Source of the DNA: Anthoceros angustus
Lineage: Eukaryota; Plantae; Anthocerotophyta
DNA length: 64,000 bases
NCBI GenBank assembly: GCA_010909165.1
Contig: VJWM01000323.1
Location: 5,738-69,737 of the forward strand
Direction of reading: 5' to 3'
Shown in pieces: positions 1-11,104 of the stretch. Numbering within the stretch: position 1 is the stretch's first letter; every line of letters starts with the position of its first letter. The notes under the pieces are model-generated. The model made no database searches and was not told where the DNA came from. It worked only from the letters and a program-made list of their open reading frames with translations. Made by a program: the position numbers and the translations under genes.

Positions 1-2400
1 AGCTTTTCCACCTGCAGAGGGAGGGCTACAGATGAGCATCAAAGAAGGTGAAACGCTGAGAATCTCCTTGATATATTTCGTTTGATGTAAAATGATCTGA
101 CCAAGTGTCCGCTTGCGCAGGATCTGGATACCCAGACAAAACTGCAAGTCCCCTTGATCCGTCATTTCAAACTCTTGACGCAACATGTCCTTGACCTTTT
201 CCAACTGCGCAGTGCTGTTGCTTAAGAGTACACAGTCGTGCAGTCGTCCACATAGAGTGCAAGGATGACAAATAACGAGCCAGCAGGAAGGTAAAAAACA
301 TTTGTATCCGCAGAGGATTGCAGGAAACCAAGTTTGCGTAGATATTTCATAATCCGCTTATACACAGCCCTAGGGATCGCTTAAGGTCAGAGATGTTTCA
401 AAAGCATACACCTTTCTTTTGGCGGCGAAGCGATAACCTTCCGTGGTCGCCCATGGCTGTGGTCTCTTCAAGGTCCCCATGCAAGAACGCGGTACACACA
501 TCCATCTGCTGAACCTCTAGATCATACTCTGCTACCATAGCCAAAAGAATCCGGACAGAGGGAGGCTTAACAACAGGTGAGAAGGTGTTCATATTCATAT
601 GAATGATCGAAACCACGAGCAACTGAAGCGATATTCAGCAATCGTGCCATCAGCTTTCAACTTAGTTTTAAACACCCACTTGCAGCTTATGGGCTTTCTG
701 CCTTCAGGTAAATCTACCAGCTCCCAAGTGTTGCTCTTTATCAAAGAGGAATACTCATCATCTATAGACTTTCTCCAGTGTATGCCATCAGGACCATTGA
801 TGGCTTCCTCATACGTTTGTGGGTCAGGACGAACGTCTGGTACAGAAAGATCTGCTACATGAGCTTGGGCACCTCGACGAAAATCAATAGACTGATAAGG
901 AGGTTCCAGCCAATTCTCACGAGAACGCCGCTCACGCGTGGGATAACGAGGTTCTCAAAGAACCACCGCTCATCCGCGCATTCCCACGAAGATCTCAAGA
1001 TCTCGATATATCCGCTACCATGAGATCCCGAATGGAACCTCGTGGAATCAATGAAAGGTGATCAAAGAATCCTTGATCCACATGAGGAGCAAGGCTTGGA
1101 CATCGCATCTTCGTGTCCGGGCAGAGCGTCCTCGCCATCGAGTCCGGATAAACCATGGTTGCGAGTCGCTAAGTGGAATCTGATTCGCAGCAGGAGCAAC
1201 CTGAGGAACTCCATCAAGTGAGCCAGAACTTATGTCCTCAGCATCAGATGTGTGAGAATCATCAGCTGCAGGTACCAGTATTGTTGTTCCAAAGAAGGTC
1301 TCGTTGGCCCTCACGAGTCACCATGTACACCACGAGCCAAAACCACCTTTCGTGTTGCAGGCTCATACAACTTATATGCCTTTGATACCTCTGAATAGCC
1401 AAGAAAAAGCAAGGGCCGAGCCCTGTCATCTAACTTACGCCTTTTGCAGGGACGAAGCCATGTGGAGCCAAACACAAGATGGCCGTCGGGCTTCTTCTTC
1501 CGTAACGTTTCATACGGAGTTTTACGCAGGGAAGTAAGCACCTTTAAAATATAGGTCACGTAGTCAATGCTCACCAAGAATGTTTTGGTAGACCAGCCCG
1601 TCCAAGCATGCTCCTGGTCATACCCATGAGGGTCTGATTCTTGCGCTCGGCAACCCCGTTTTGTTGTTGTGTATAGGGAATAGCAAGCTGACGGATGATC
1701 CCATGAGCAGCAAACAGCACATCATACTGGTGACCAATAAATTCTCCACCATTGTCGGTGCGAAAGCACTTCACAAGATTGCCTGTCTGCCTTTGTACCA
1801 TGGGAATCCATGTCTCTATGCACTCAAAAGCATCACTTTTGTGACGAAGAGGAAACACCCATGTATAGCGGGAGAAGTCGTCCGTCAAGGTGAGATAATA
1901 CTCTGCTCCACCAAGGGACTTAACTTGAAGCTTTCCAGCTATGTCAGCATGGATGAGTTCCAACACTGCCTGTGCCCTTTATGCCTGCTTGTTCTTAAAA
2001 GGGAGCTCCTTCTGCTTAGAGAGGACACAAGACTGACAGACTTGTAGCTGTTTGAAGCAGGAGGGCAGCTTCTCCCTATAACAATCTAAGGAAGACATGA
2101 GGTTCAATTTTTCCTTATTAATATGCCCATGAGACTTGCTTCGGAGTTGTAGAGGCTACATGAACAAAGAAGACGTGAATCACATATCTAATTGATAGTG
2201 TGTCATTCATGTCGGCCTCGCAACACACTTTCTGACCGATAGTCATACAGCAAGTGCCCTGTTCAAAAGAGAAACCATACTTTCGGCCTGGTCGCCTATC
2301 GCAGGGATTCTTTGACATATAGCAGGACATGAGGACATCCTCCAAGACAACTTGAGAACCATCGGCTGGGGTAAGAGTACCCATCTTGGCAGCCTATGCT
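1..2400 (-). mobile_element. Ty1/Copia element 1, decayed pol (protease/GAG-pre-integrase, integrase, RT); runs off the left edge
   Basis: Integrase core LELIHADIAG..LTLTDDFSRYTWV..RTDNGGEF..QQNGVAERKN (ORF 1571-1966). RT motifs TFSPVVK..VRILLAMVAEYDLEVQQMDVCTAFLHGDLEE (398-622) and LALYVDD at ~243-265. INT lies upstream of RT, the Copia order. Many frameshifts. Confidence 0.93.
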
Positions 2401-3967
2401 CTAGAGTCCCCACATAAACCGACCGGCTGGACTTCGATGAAAGGTCAGAGGATGACTGGAGGAGGAAGAGGAAGGCATGGAGCAAGATCCGCTCACGGGA
2501 GACCTTCTTGCGGGAGAGTGGAGGCGAGGGCCATAAGAAGTTGACCCTACGTCCGTAGGAGGTGTAGAGGGTGGCCCTACATCCGTAGGGATCACCAGGC
2601 TGCGGCAGACGCGGAGGTAATTGAAGAGGTTGGTGGTAGCTTGGAGGTGGGCTCATTGCTTGGGGAGACTTTCTTTAGAGGAGGACAGATTAATGCTTGT
2701 CAACCCAAAGAGGGTGTGTTGACTAGCTAGATAGGAATGTTGACAGAGCCATTAAGGCTCACATAGGTGAAGTTTGCTAGAATTTTTACCCAAGATGCTT
2801 GGATGTCGAACTTAAAAGTCCGGCAGGATACACTAGAATAAGAAGGAGTGAGGCCAAGAGGGCGCGTGGGAGGAGGCTGTGAGGACCTCCCTATAAAAGG
2901 AGGGAGCTTGTGAAGTAAAATTATGGTCTTGCGCTCCCACTCGAGTCCTTTGCTCCTTGTGAAGGAAGTTCGTACCGCAAGCTAACGAAAGGCCGGGTAG
3001 AGAGGGAGTCGGAGTGCTTGGCGGAGAGCCTCGCCTTGCGGCGCCCGCAGTTGCTCCCTTGTGAATGGTTGCGTGAAATTGCTTTGCTTTGGGTGTGTGG
3101 CGATGCCCAAGGAACTCGGCTTGAGGGTAGACTACAGGAAAGACTCGGAGGTTCTCGCTGTCGGTGCAAACTCATAGCAACCCGCCCAAGGAAGAACTTG
3201 TTGGCTTGTAGGCGACCCTGCAGTGCCGTAAGGGCGAGCTAAAGTGAGCTTGAAGTAAGGTTAGATTAGGAGGATGAGGAGTTGAGTTGAGGTGAGTGTT
3301 GAGGAGAATGTGGAGCTGAATGTTGAGTAGAGGAGTAGGTAGAGATTAGGAGTAAGAAGAAGGCCCAAGTCGAGCCTAAGGGAGGGGTCCCAACCGCACC
3401 AAACCGAGACCGGAAGCGGGCTAAGGTCTCAAAATCACGGGTGGAGAAGTCGCTACCGTAGGGGGGTCCCTATGCGCGAGACGGTGGACCTCAGAGTGGG
3501 ACCCACGATCGTAGGATGTCGTTGTAGGTCCAGGAGTGGTGATTCCCGAGCAAAGGCGGAGTGGCGCCCGCCGAGTTGGTGGTTGAGGTGTGCCAATTGT
3601 GGGAAGGCGGGGAAAGGAATAGTGGACGATCACGGGTGGTGAAGTCGCGTTGCAACGTAGGGGGTCCCTACGGCGTAGTCACCGACCTACCGCTGGGGTG
3701 TGGACCTATAGTCGAGGGTGTCGCTTGTAGGTCTGGAAGCGGTGATTGACGGAGCAGCACGGTGAGGCGTGGCTGCTGTCTGTGGAGTGAGTTGAAGTTG
3801 CTCCACCGTGTGAGGGAGCTTGGGGTGTGAAGAGGCGGTGGTTTGTGCCTTGGATGTTGGTGACCGACAAACAAGAGTCTCATGGGACGAAACCTATTGT
3901 ACTTAGCGATGGGATAAGTGTGGCCACTAGAGGGTGAATCTAAGCCCCGGGTTTTCCTCCACATTTT

Positions 3968-3980
3968 TGGCGCTGTCGGG
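3968..3980 (+). promoter_or_regulatory. Primer-binding site, degenerate Athila-type (tRNA-Asp-like)
   Basis: TGGCGCTGTCGGG lies 4 nt after the LTR-terminal CA and resembles the Athila consensus TGGCGCCGTTGCCGGG. Confidence 0.7.
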
Positions 3981-6900
3981 ACTCTTTGCTTTGGCAAGTC
4001 AGAGTGGAAGAGGCATGAACATTGTTGAGAATCTCTAATCGGGGATGAGAAGAAGAAGTTTTATTGCAGTATAGAGAGGAGATCGCCTGATTTTTGCAAG
4101 TGGTGTGAGAGTTGCATGACGGTAGAGGAAGAAGTGAGGAGAGAACTCTTGCAAGAGGAAGCTACATGTGCTAACATTTTCAAGGGTTCCGTTGAGGAAG
4201 AAGAGGTAGTTGTCTAAGAGGAGGAGAAGGTTGTGCTCACGGACAACAAGAGGAAGGAAGTTGTTGCCGAGGAGTTGCCGATCAAGGGTGAGGGTCAAGA
4301 ACGAGCCACGTTAGTAATTTCCGAGGTACATCTTCCGCTCGCAAGAGAAGGACTTTTGGGATTGTCGAGCTCTTCTAGCTTGATTTTGTCGTCGGAGGAG
4401 GAAGGCAAGAGGGTGAGATTTGGCAAAGGAGAAGTTGGGGTATGAAATCTAACGGCTATTTCGCAAGGTCTTGATCGAATTATTGCCCAACTTGCTGCCC
4501 TTTCAACCTTGCTTGTTAGGAGGATCGAGGCGCTTGTGTGCCCAAGTCTGGTATAGTACATCCCGCTTGCAGCAGATTTGTTTACGCCAGACAGGTGGAA
4601 TCTGGGAGGTGTGCCCGGTTTTGTGGACGCCCTTGACCATGATAGGAGGAAGCAGAGGTGGTGGGAGTCACCAACAGCCGCCAGTGATGTGAGATTTGGG
4701 GAGAAGAAACGAGATCACATGTTGGTCCTTGAGAACTCACAAGGAAGAGGGGGAGTCTTTGTATGATTATGTAGAGGGATTTATGGTTACTTCAAGAGAG
4801 TACCACCACGTCCGGAAGGAGTGACCTTTTCCGATAAAAGTTCGAGAAGTTCGAGGGAATGTATGATGCTATAGAAGACGAGAGCTAGAGTCCGTAAGGT
4901 AGCAAGGATTTCTAAGTACCTAGGTGTAGAGGAGATGGTAGAGTTGAAGAAGTTTGGGGAGCAACATGTGAATGAAAGTTTTATTTTTCGAGAAACCGGA
5001 GAACGACTTGAGGCCACAGATGACCGATTTCGACGAGGAGTTGGTTGCCACGGGTCAAGGGGGAGGACGTGAGCATGTTGTAGACAGCCTAAGAATTGAT
5101 CAGCAAGACTTGTTGCAGAGAGGCCAAATGAGCAAGAAGGGAGCGCAGCGTGAAAAAGCCGCAGCAGACAACTGGAACCGAGAGAGAGGATAAGGGGGCG
5201 CCAGCATGGGCGCAAAGAGGAGGCTGAAATGATCCTCAAGGGTGAGCAGTCAGGAGGGCTGCAAGTGGAGGCCATCACGATGGCAAAGAAACAAAGAAAA
5301 CGACGAGCACCGCCAAAGAACAAGGAAGGCGCCCCACTTGGCGAGGTCAGAAGCCAGGCGCCATGAGGCCGCAAGGAGGAGAAGGCCCTAGGGAGGTGGA
5401 CACACCAGAGGGCGAAGGAGGAGATGCGCTTCATGAAAAGTTTGAGCGTAAACCGAAGGGAGAGTTGGCGATCCGTGGCAATCACTCAAAATTCACCATG
5501 GAGGTGCAGCAAGGCGAGGAGGTCGCCATGGGAGCGCAATCTGACCTGGACATGAGGCTAGGCCAACAAGAAGGGAGGAAATCGGAACTTGGTTGGAAGG
5601 GAGTCACAACCCGACCGCAAGCCGTAAAACTTGCAAGATTGGCAAAGCAGGAGGAAACGGTTTTGTGAATGAGGTTGAGCATGCCGTCAGCAACAACGCC
5701 CAGGGGTTTGCTGGTAAGCGAGCTAGCAAGAGACCACAACGCTGGCAAGGATGATGGAGAAATTGCGAAGAAATCGCAATTTGGAGGAAGGAGAAGTGGC
5801 ACACAAAATGGTGTGCCGAGGAGTGGCCAGAGCCCGTGGAGCGAGGATGGCTCTATGGTGATGTGTATGAAGGAGGATTGTGGAGAAATCACACCTCAAG
5901 ATATGCTTGCGTGGAATTGCAAGAAGGAGCACCACCAATTCACGGTCGACAGGAAATTGCCGTGAAACCGCAGAACGTAAGGAGATCGCCACTAGATCGC
6001 GATCTAGGGCTAGACATGAGTCTAGAAGGTCGGGAGATGGTGTACCAGCGATGATGCACAAAGCTGCACTGCACCAGTGTGAGCGAGGCGGCCAGCACCA
6101 ACATCCACCGTGAACAAGCTAGATGGAAACAAGCAAGGCGTGGCTGGCCTAGAGGTCAAGAGCAAGTCTTGATGCTAGAAAGCCAAGGATCCGTGAAGGG
6201 AGTTTTGTGTGAGATGCCGCAACCTAATGAATTGGGGATTCCGAGCGAGGAGAAAGGGTGAGCAAGAGGGCTGCAAGTGGAGGCCACGAAGTGGCAAAGG
6301 GAGAAGAGAAACGGAGAAAAGGAGGGACTCCCACACATGGCGGTGTGGAAGAGCGTATGATGGAGCCTCGAGTAGGGACGGCTCGAGGATGGTGTGCATG
6401 GAAAGAAGCGTGAAGAAACCGCGATTCAAGGGGAGCAGAAAAGGAATTGGCGAATTCATGGGCGGCCAAGGAAGCCACTTTTGTGGAGGTACGGCATGTC
6501 GAGAGTATTGTCGAGGAGCGAGCTAGCTCGGGCCGGAGCCTAAGGTCATGGCGGTGACCACCGCCGCAAGAAGAGTTGACGACCGTAGGCATGGATACCG
6601 CAGCTGGCGATGCAAGGAGCGTGCGGCCCACGGGTCATAATGTACATGCGCACGCTGTCCGCGGTGGGCGAGGAAGTGGCAAAAAGTGCATGCAAAGAGG
6701 TTGGAGGCCATTATTTAGTGTAAATCACGTGAAGAAAATCTTAGATGCATTGTGGGCTTACAGAAAGCGGAGAAAGTGACTACCAAGAAGACTCTATTAT
6801 TTAACGTATGGGATGTCTCCGTGATGCCTGAATTTGAGGTACCTACCTATAGATCATGGAGGATGAGCGAAATTGCAGAGGAGAGTGGGAAGTTAGACTA

Positions 6901-7195
6901 GAGTCTTTCATAGAGCATGAGGAATGGGAAGAGGCTTTAGAAGAAACCCAAATAATTCAGGAGCTTAGAAAGGAGAGGCATGATGGGAATTAAGGAAGCA
7001 AGAGGCTATCATGGCCGGGATTTGGTTCTTCTATATGATGGTCGTTACATGGATTTCGGAAGCTTAGGACCGACGTGTGGTGGCAGTATGAGAATGGATC
7101 CGCAATTACGCCGGATGGGGATTTGCTACTAACTAGAGTGAATGGGTGGAAGGTTAAGAAGCACCTTCACTGAGATCTCTTGCGAGGACGCAAAC

Positions 7196-7210
7196 AGTGA
7201 GGAGGGAGTA
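7196..7210 (+). promoter_or_regulatory. Polypurine tract preceding the 3' LTR
   Basis: AGTGAGGAGGGAGTA immediately before TGTGGAACG (7211). The same terminal sequence, reverse-complemented, ends the solo LTRs at 15887 and 37342. Confidence 0.75.
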
Positions 7211-7589
7211 TGTGGAACGCAAAAGTTTGGGCAATCGGTTTAAGTGAGTTGTTTTTGAACAGTCCAATGCTTTTGATAGAAATGGTTTGGTGGAAACATG
7301 CAGAAATGTTTTTGTTCATTGAAGCCGGAGTCGAGGATGCTGGAAGGCAGAGAGGATACTTAGGGAAAAGAAACGGATCAAAATGACCTTCTAGTGAGGA
7401 GGGTAGGAGACATATGTGAACGGTAGGAGATGTCCCACCGGTAGGAGGTATCCTACCACCGAGGAGAAACTCCTACCACGGTAGGCTGGTGAGAGAACTC
7501 CTACCCCATAGGTATGGGTAGGAGAATGTCCCACCACCGTAGGTAAGCGCCCAGCTAGCGTTTTGATGACCCACAGGAGTAGCTCCTAC

Positions 7590-9177
7590 CACGGAAAAGG
7601 GTGAAGGCAATTAAGCCAAGGAAGTAGCTTGAGGTTGCAGTAAGCAAATGTTGATAGGCTTGCAGAGGCAAAGGCCTGATTATTCCACCACCTAGTTTGC
7701 GATGCTCCCATCGACATACTCCCAAACATCTCTCGCGTTGAGGTTAGCTTGCATTCGTGCTCTCCAGCTTTCGTAATGGACAGGTTTGCCATCAAACCGG
7801 TCCTTTTCTTTGAATTCTCCAGAGTATGTGCCGGCTTGAGTAACGGTACCCATGTTGAGAGGGGGTGGAACCACTAAATGCGGTGGTGGGTTGAATGCAG
7901 GGTAACTAGCTTGCAGAACGTAAGAAATGCTCGCTTCATGCCTAGATCCTCGCTACCATCACCGCCAATCCTCCCAAAACAACCAACGTAGACCAAAAGA
8001 CATGGAATACAAAAAGACATGTGGTAAGTACCGTTCTGTGGGTGATCATTTAGGTTAGATGTCAACAGATGCAAACTAACGCGAAACGGTTGGGAAGATG
8101 GAGGCCGTGTCCAGCCTACCAACCGTCACCCTTAGGAAGAGCGGCGATTGATGTCTCGCCGCGTGGCACTTCGCAGGCTGCGTGATCGCACTCATATCCC
8201 CTCCAACTGAGCGGCGGATCCCGTAGCCGCGAGGCTTACAATTGGCCGCCCGCCGCTTGATCGCCTGGTCGATCCTCGCAGGGCGGCAGAGATGAGAGCA
8301 GATTGGCAGCCGATGACACCGGGCGCACGCAGTCCACTTCCAAGCGCCCAACTGGCCTCGACAAAGAAGGACAAGAAGTCGTGACCTGCAAGGGGGTTTG
8401 ATAACAATAATGGTGCGCCGCCTCGCCGTAAAAGTAAGGATTGTTGTCGACAAATTTGGGTAAGAATCGACTCCTCGATGCTGGTAATCCTTGAGCGTAA
8501 GGCCTCCAGCCTGAATTCAACCAAGGAATCAAAAGAATTGAACCCTCCGTCGATCGTCAGCATGTAGGTGAGTCTGGATTGTCTCAATCATGACCGTTGG
8601 GTGGGACGAGGAAGGGGCCTGCCCCAAAGTTGAGTTGGTGAGACCTCCTCGCTGGTGGAGGAGATGCCCACAAGCGTCGCTGGCCGGCAGGAAACTTGTG
8701 CACAAAATGACGGTTCCCCTGCCGCTCAACTTGATGTGTTCGGCTCCTGTGTTGTCTGTTCACAAATTGTGACAACGTCTCCTCAGGCCGCCGTCCGTTT
8801 CTCCGCGCCATTTTGCAATTGTAGTAGACTCATTTACATATCCATTAGAGAAAAAGTACTAATTATGTCTAGAGTGCAAGCAGAGATGAATTTCTAATCA
8901 CACAAAATACAAATCCCTCAAGCAGAGATTTGTACATTATGTGGATAGCAAAATCATCTACGCTGAAAGCATTCTAGACTAGAATTAGATGGATCAAAAG
9001 AGCTAGTGCTCTGATACCATGCTAACGCGGAAGCGTGCTTACAAATGAAAAGCATTGATTAATAAATGGCATGAGATGTCTCCTTAAATACAAAAATTTG
9101 GTGTCTCTTGAGTTAACTACCTAACTAGAGTATATTTAATATGAGATAAGCTATGTTAGGGTTTCTTACTCCTAACA
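7590..9177 (-). mobile_element. 5' part of a Copia element (LTR, PBS, long leader, gag N-terminus), probably the start of Copia 1
   Basis: Gag N-terminus KDRFDGKPVHYESWRARMQANLNARDVWEYVDGS (7692-7853). PBS TGGTATCAGAGC (tRNA-iMet) at 9008-9019. Adjacent TG..CA LTR at 9020-9177. Confidence 0.85.
9020..9177 (-). repeat. Short (158 bp) Copia 5' LTR
   Basis: Minus strand reads TGTTAGGAGT...GTTAGCA, directly followed by the PBS TGGTATCAGAGC. Confidence 0.85.
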
Positions 9178-9979
9178 GGAAGATGGGTCAAGTGCCCGTA
9201 ATGGTGGAATTGTGCAGATCCGTCAGAGGGGCTCTAGGCCTGAGCTCAGACAGAGGAGGCAGAATTGGTGCAAGGATGGGAGCGGGAGCTCATGTTCGGT
9301 GAGCAGCCACAAGGGTTGCAAGAGGAGGCCATGGCGGTGCCGAGGCAGTGCTCAATGGAGTCACGGCGTGAGGATGGCATGATAGGGCCGTGTGTTGAAC
9401 TAGGAAAGGCCGGTAGAGCACTTACAGCAGTTGAATTTGTAGCTGGGCTACAAGATGGAGGTGTGGCCAAACCATAGGAAGGCAAAGGTGTGGCAACACA
9501 TGGTGAAGGGATCACAACAGTGTGCATCATGACGGAATGCGTGGGGCTGCAAGTCAAAGTGAAGGGAGGCCGTTGTGGTGGCCGCAAAGAGAAATGGGTA
9601 GCAAGAAGGGTTGATACGAGATGTTGTGGAGGCGTGAGGAGTTTACCGGGGAATAAGTCTAGTTTATTCAAGTTGAGAGTTGTGCATAAGCAATTGGGTG
9701 TGTTGGACAATGAAGCTGTAAGAACTCCAAAGTTAAGCGTTCTAAGGGTGGATCAGTACCGAGATGGGGTGCTTTTTGTGTGTGGTGTTTCAGCTTATTA
9801 TCTTTGCAGAAGTCACATCAGAGCAGGGTGGTAGGGTGGTAGTGGACGTAGGGCATGGCACTCCCTACTGTAGGGAGGGAGGTGCACCACGCGGAGTGCA
9901 GGTGGCGGAGGGTCCCGGACGTTAAGGTAGTATGTAGGGTAGCAACAAGGGTGACCCTACACAGGTAGAGTGGGTCCCA

Positions 9980-10370
9980 CATGTATGTATGTGGGTAGGA
10001 CTCATGCGTGTCCATAAGTAGGGGATATGTGCAGACTAAGGCTCCATAAGTAGGGGATATGTGGGTAGGACGCGCGTGTCCCACGCACTTCTACATCGTG
10101 GAGTAGTAGGCGGTGCCCACAAGTAGGGGATATGTGGGTAGGACGGTGCGTGTCCCTACGCACTTCCCTACCGAGGGAACAAGTAGGGGATAGAGATGCA
10201 GGGTAAGACTGTGGTGGCCCTACATGGGTAGGATGAAGTGAGAGAGATGCAGTATGGGTGTGGGGCCCCTCACGGTAGCGTTGGCTAGATAGGTAGGTGG
10301 GATGAGTGTCTCCTCACCGTAGAGTGGTGAGGTCTCCTCACCGTGAGGGAGTGGTGAGACCCCACGGGGC
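9980..10370. repeat. Short degenerate tandem/inverted repeats in retroelement-derived DNA
   Basis: 3-4 copies of AGTAGGGGATATGTGGGTAGGAC..GTGTCCC, then repeated TCTCCTCACCGT/GTGGTGAG motifs. Confidence 0.6.
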
Positions 10371-11104
10371 GCAAGTGGGCGACACCCTACTTGGATACTT
10401 GGGAAGCAAACTTTCCATATTAGGCGTGTCAACCTAGGAAGTTGTTAAAAGGGCGTATATGCAAGGTTGTGGATAAATAGGATATATTAGGAATAATGGA
10501 ACATAAATATGTAGGTAGGGTGCTTTTAGGGCTAAACAGAGGATTTGGAAATGGTGCCACATGGCAAGGAATCACCTATATCAAGGAGTTTCAGTACTAC
10601 CAAAGGGGGCCTGTGTGTAGGGAGTGGCACCTAGGAAGCTATGAGGAATTGTAGGAAAGAGCTTGTGCATGCAAGGGAAAGCTAGGCAAGGACTTGGTGG
10701 GAATCAGCCTGTGTGCAAGGAGAAGGAGGTGTGCATGCATAAGGAGTTGTGTGTGAAGGATTTGAAGCAATCGTGAAGAGGGCAACGGCGCTGATTATTT
10801 TGTGCCTAGGACCTTGCAAGTGAGGGATTTGAAGCATAAGGAGTATATCCGTGAGGACATCAAGTTTGAGCTAGGTGGGACTGTGGAGTGAAGAGGAAGT
10901 AAGTGGAAAAGGGTTGAAGTTGCTCTCTTGGTGGATTTTGTGTGGCGAGTGAAGAAAGCTTGCAATTGTGTGTAGAAACTGAGGTGACAACTAGGTGGAA
11001 ACGAGCACGTGGGCGTGCCCAAGCTTGTCTTGTTTGTGCAGTTATTTTGAAGGTGCAAGATGGTGAAAGCGCCTGCACCTAAGAAGGGCAAGTTGGTTGC
11101 TAGG

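Larger units (their letters stand above)
2400..7590 (+). mobile_element. Internally deleted, non-autonomous Athila/Tat-like Gypsy element with both LTRs truncated, lying inside Copia 1
   Basis: LTR 3' end ...GGGTTTTCCTCCACA at 3963 is followed by a PBS-like TGGCGCTGTCGGG. Gag-like remnant (WWES..QG.GESLYDYVE.F) at ~4600-4950. Integrase C-terminus (LDALWAYR..PEFEVPTYR..RKERHD..DLVLLYDGR..RVNGWKVK) at ~6730-7150. PPT then a new LTR start TGTGGAACG at 7211. Confidence 0.8.
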
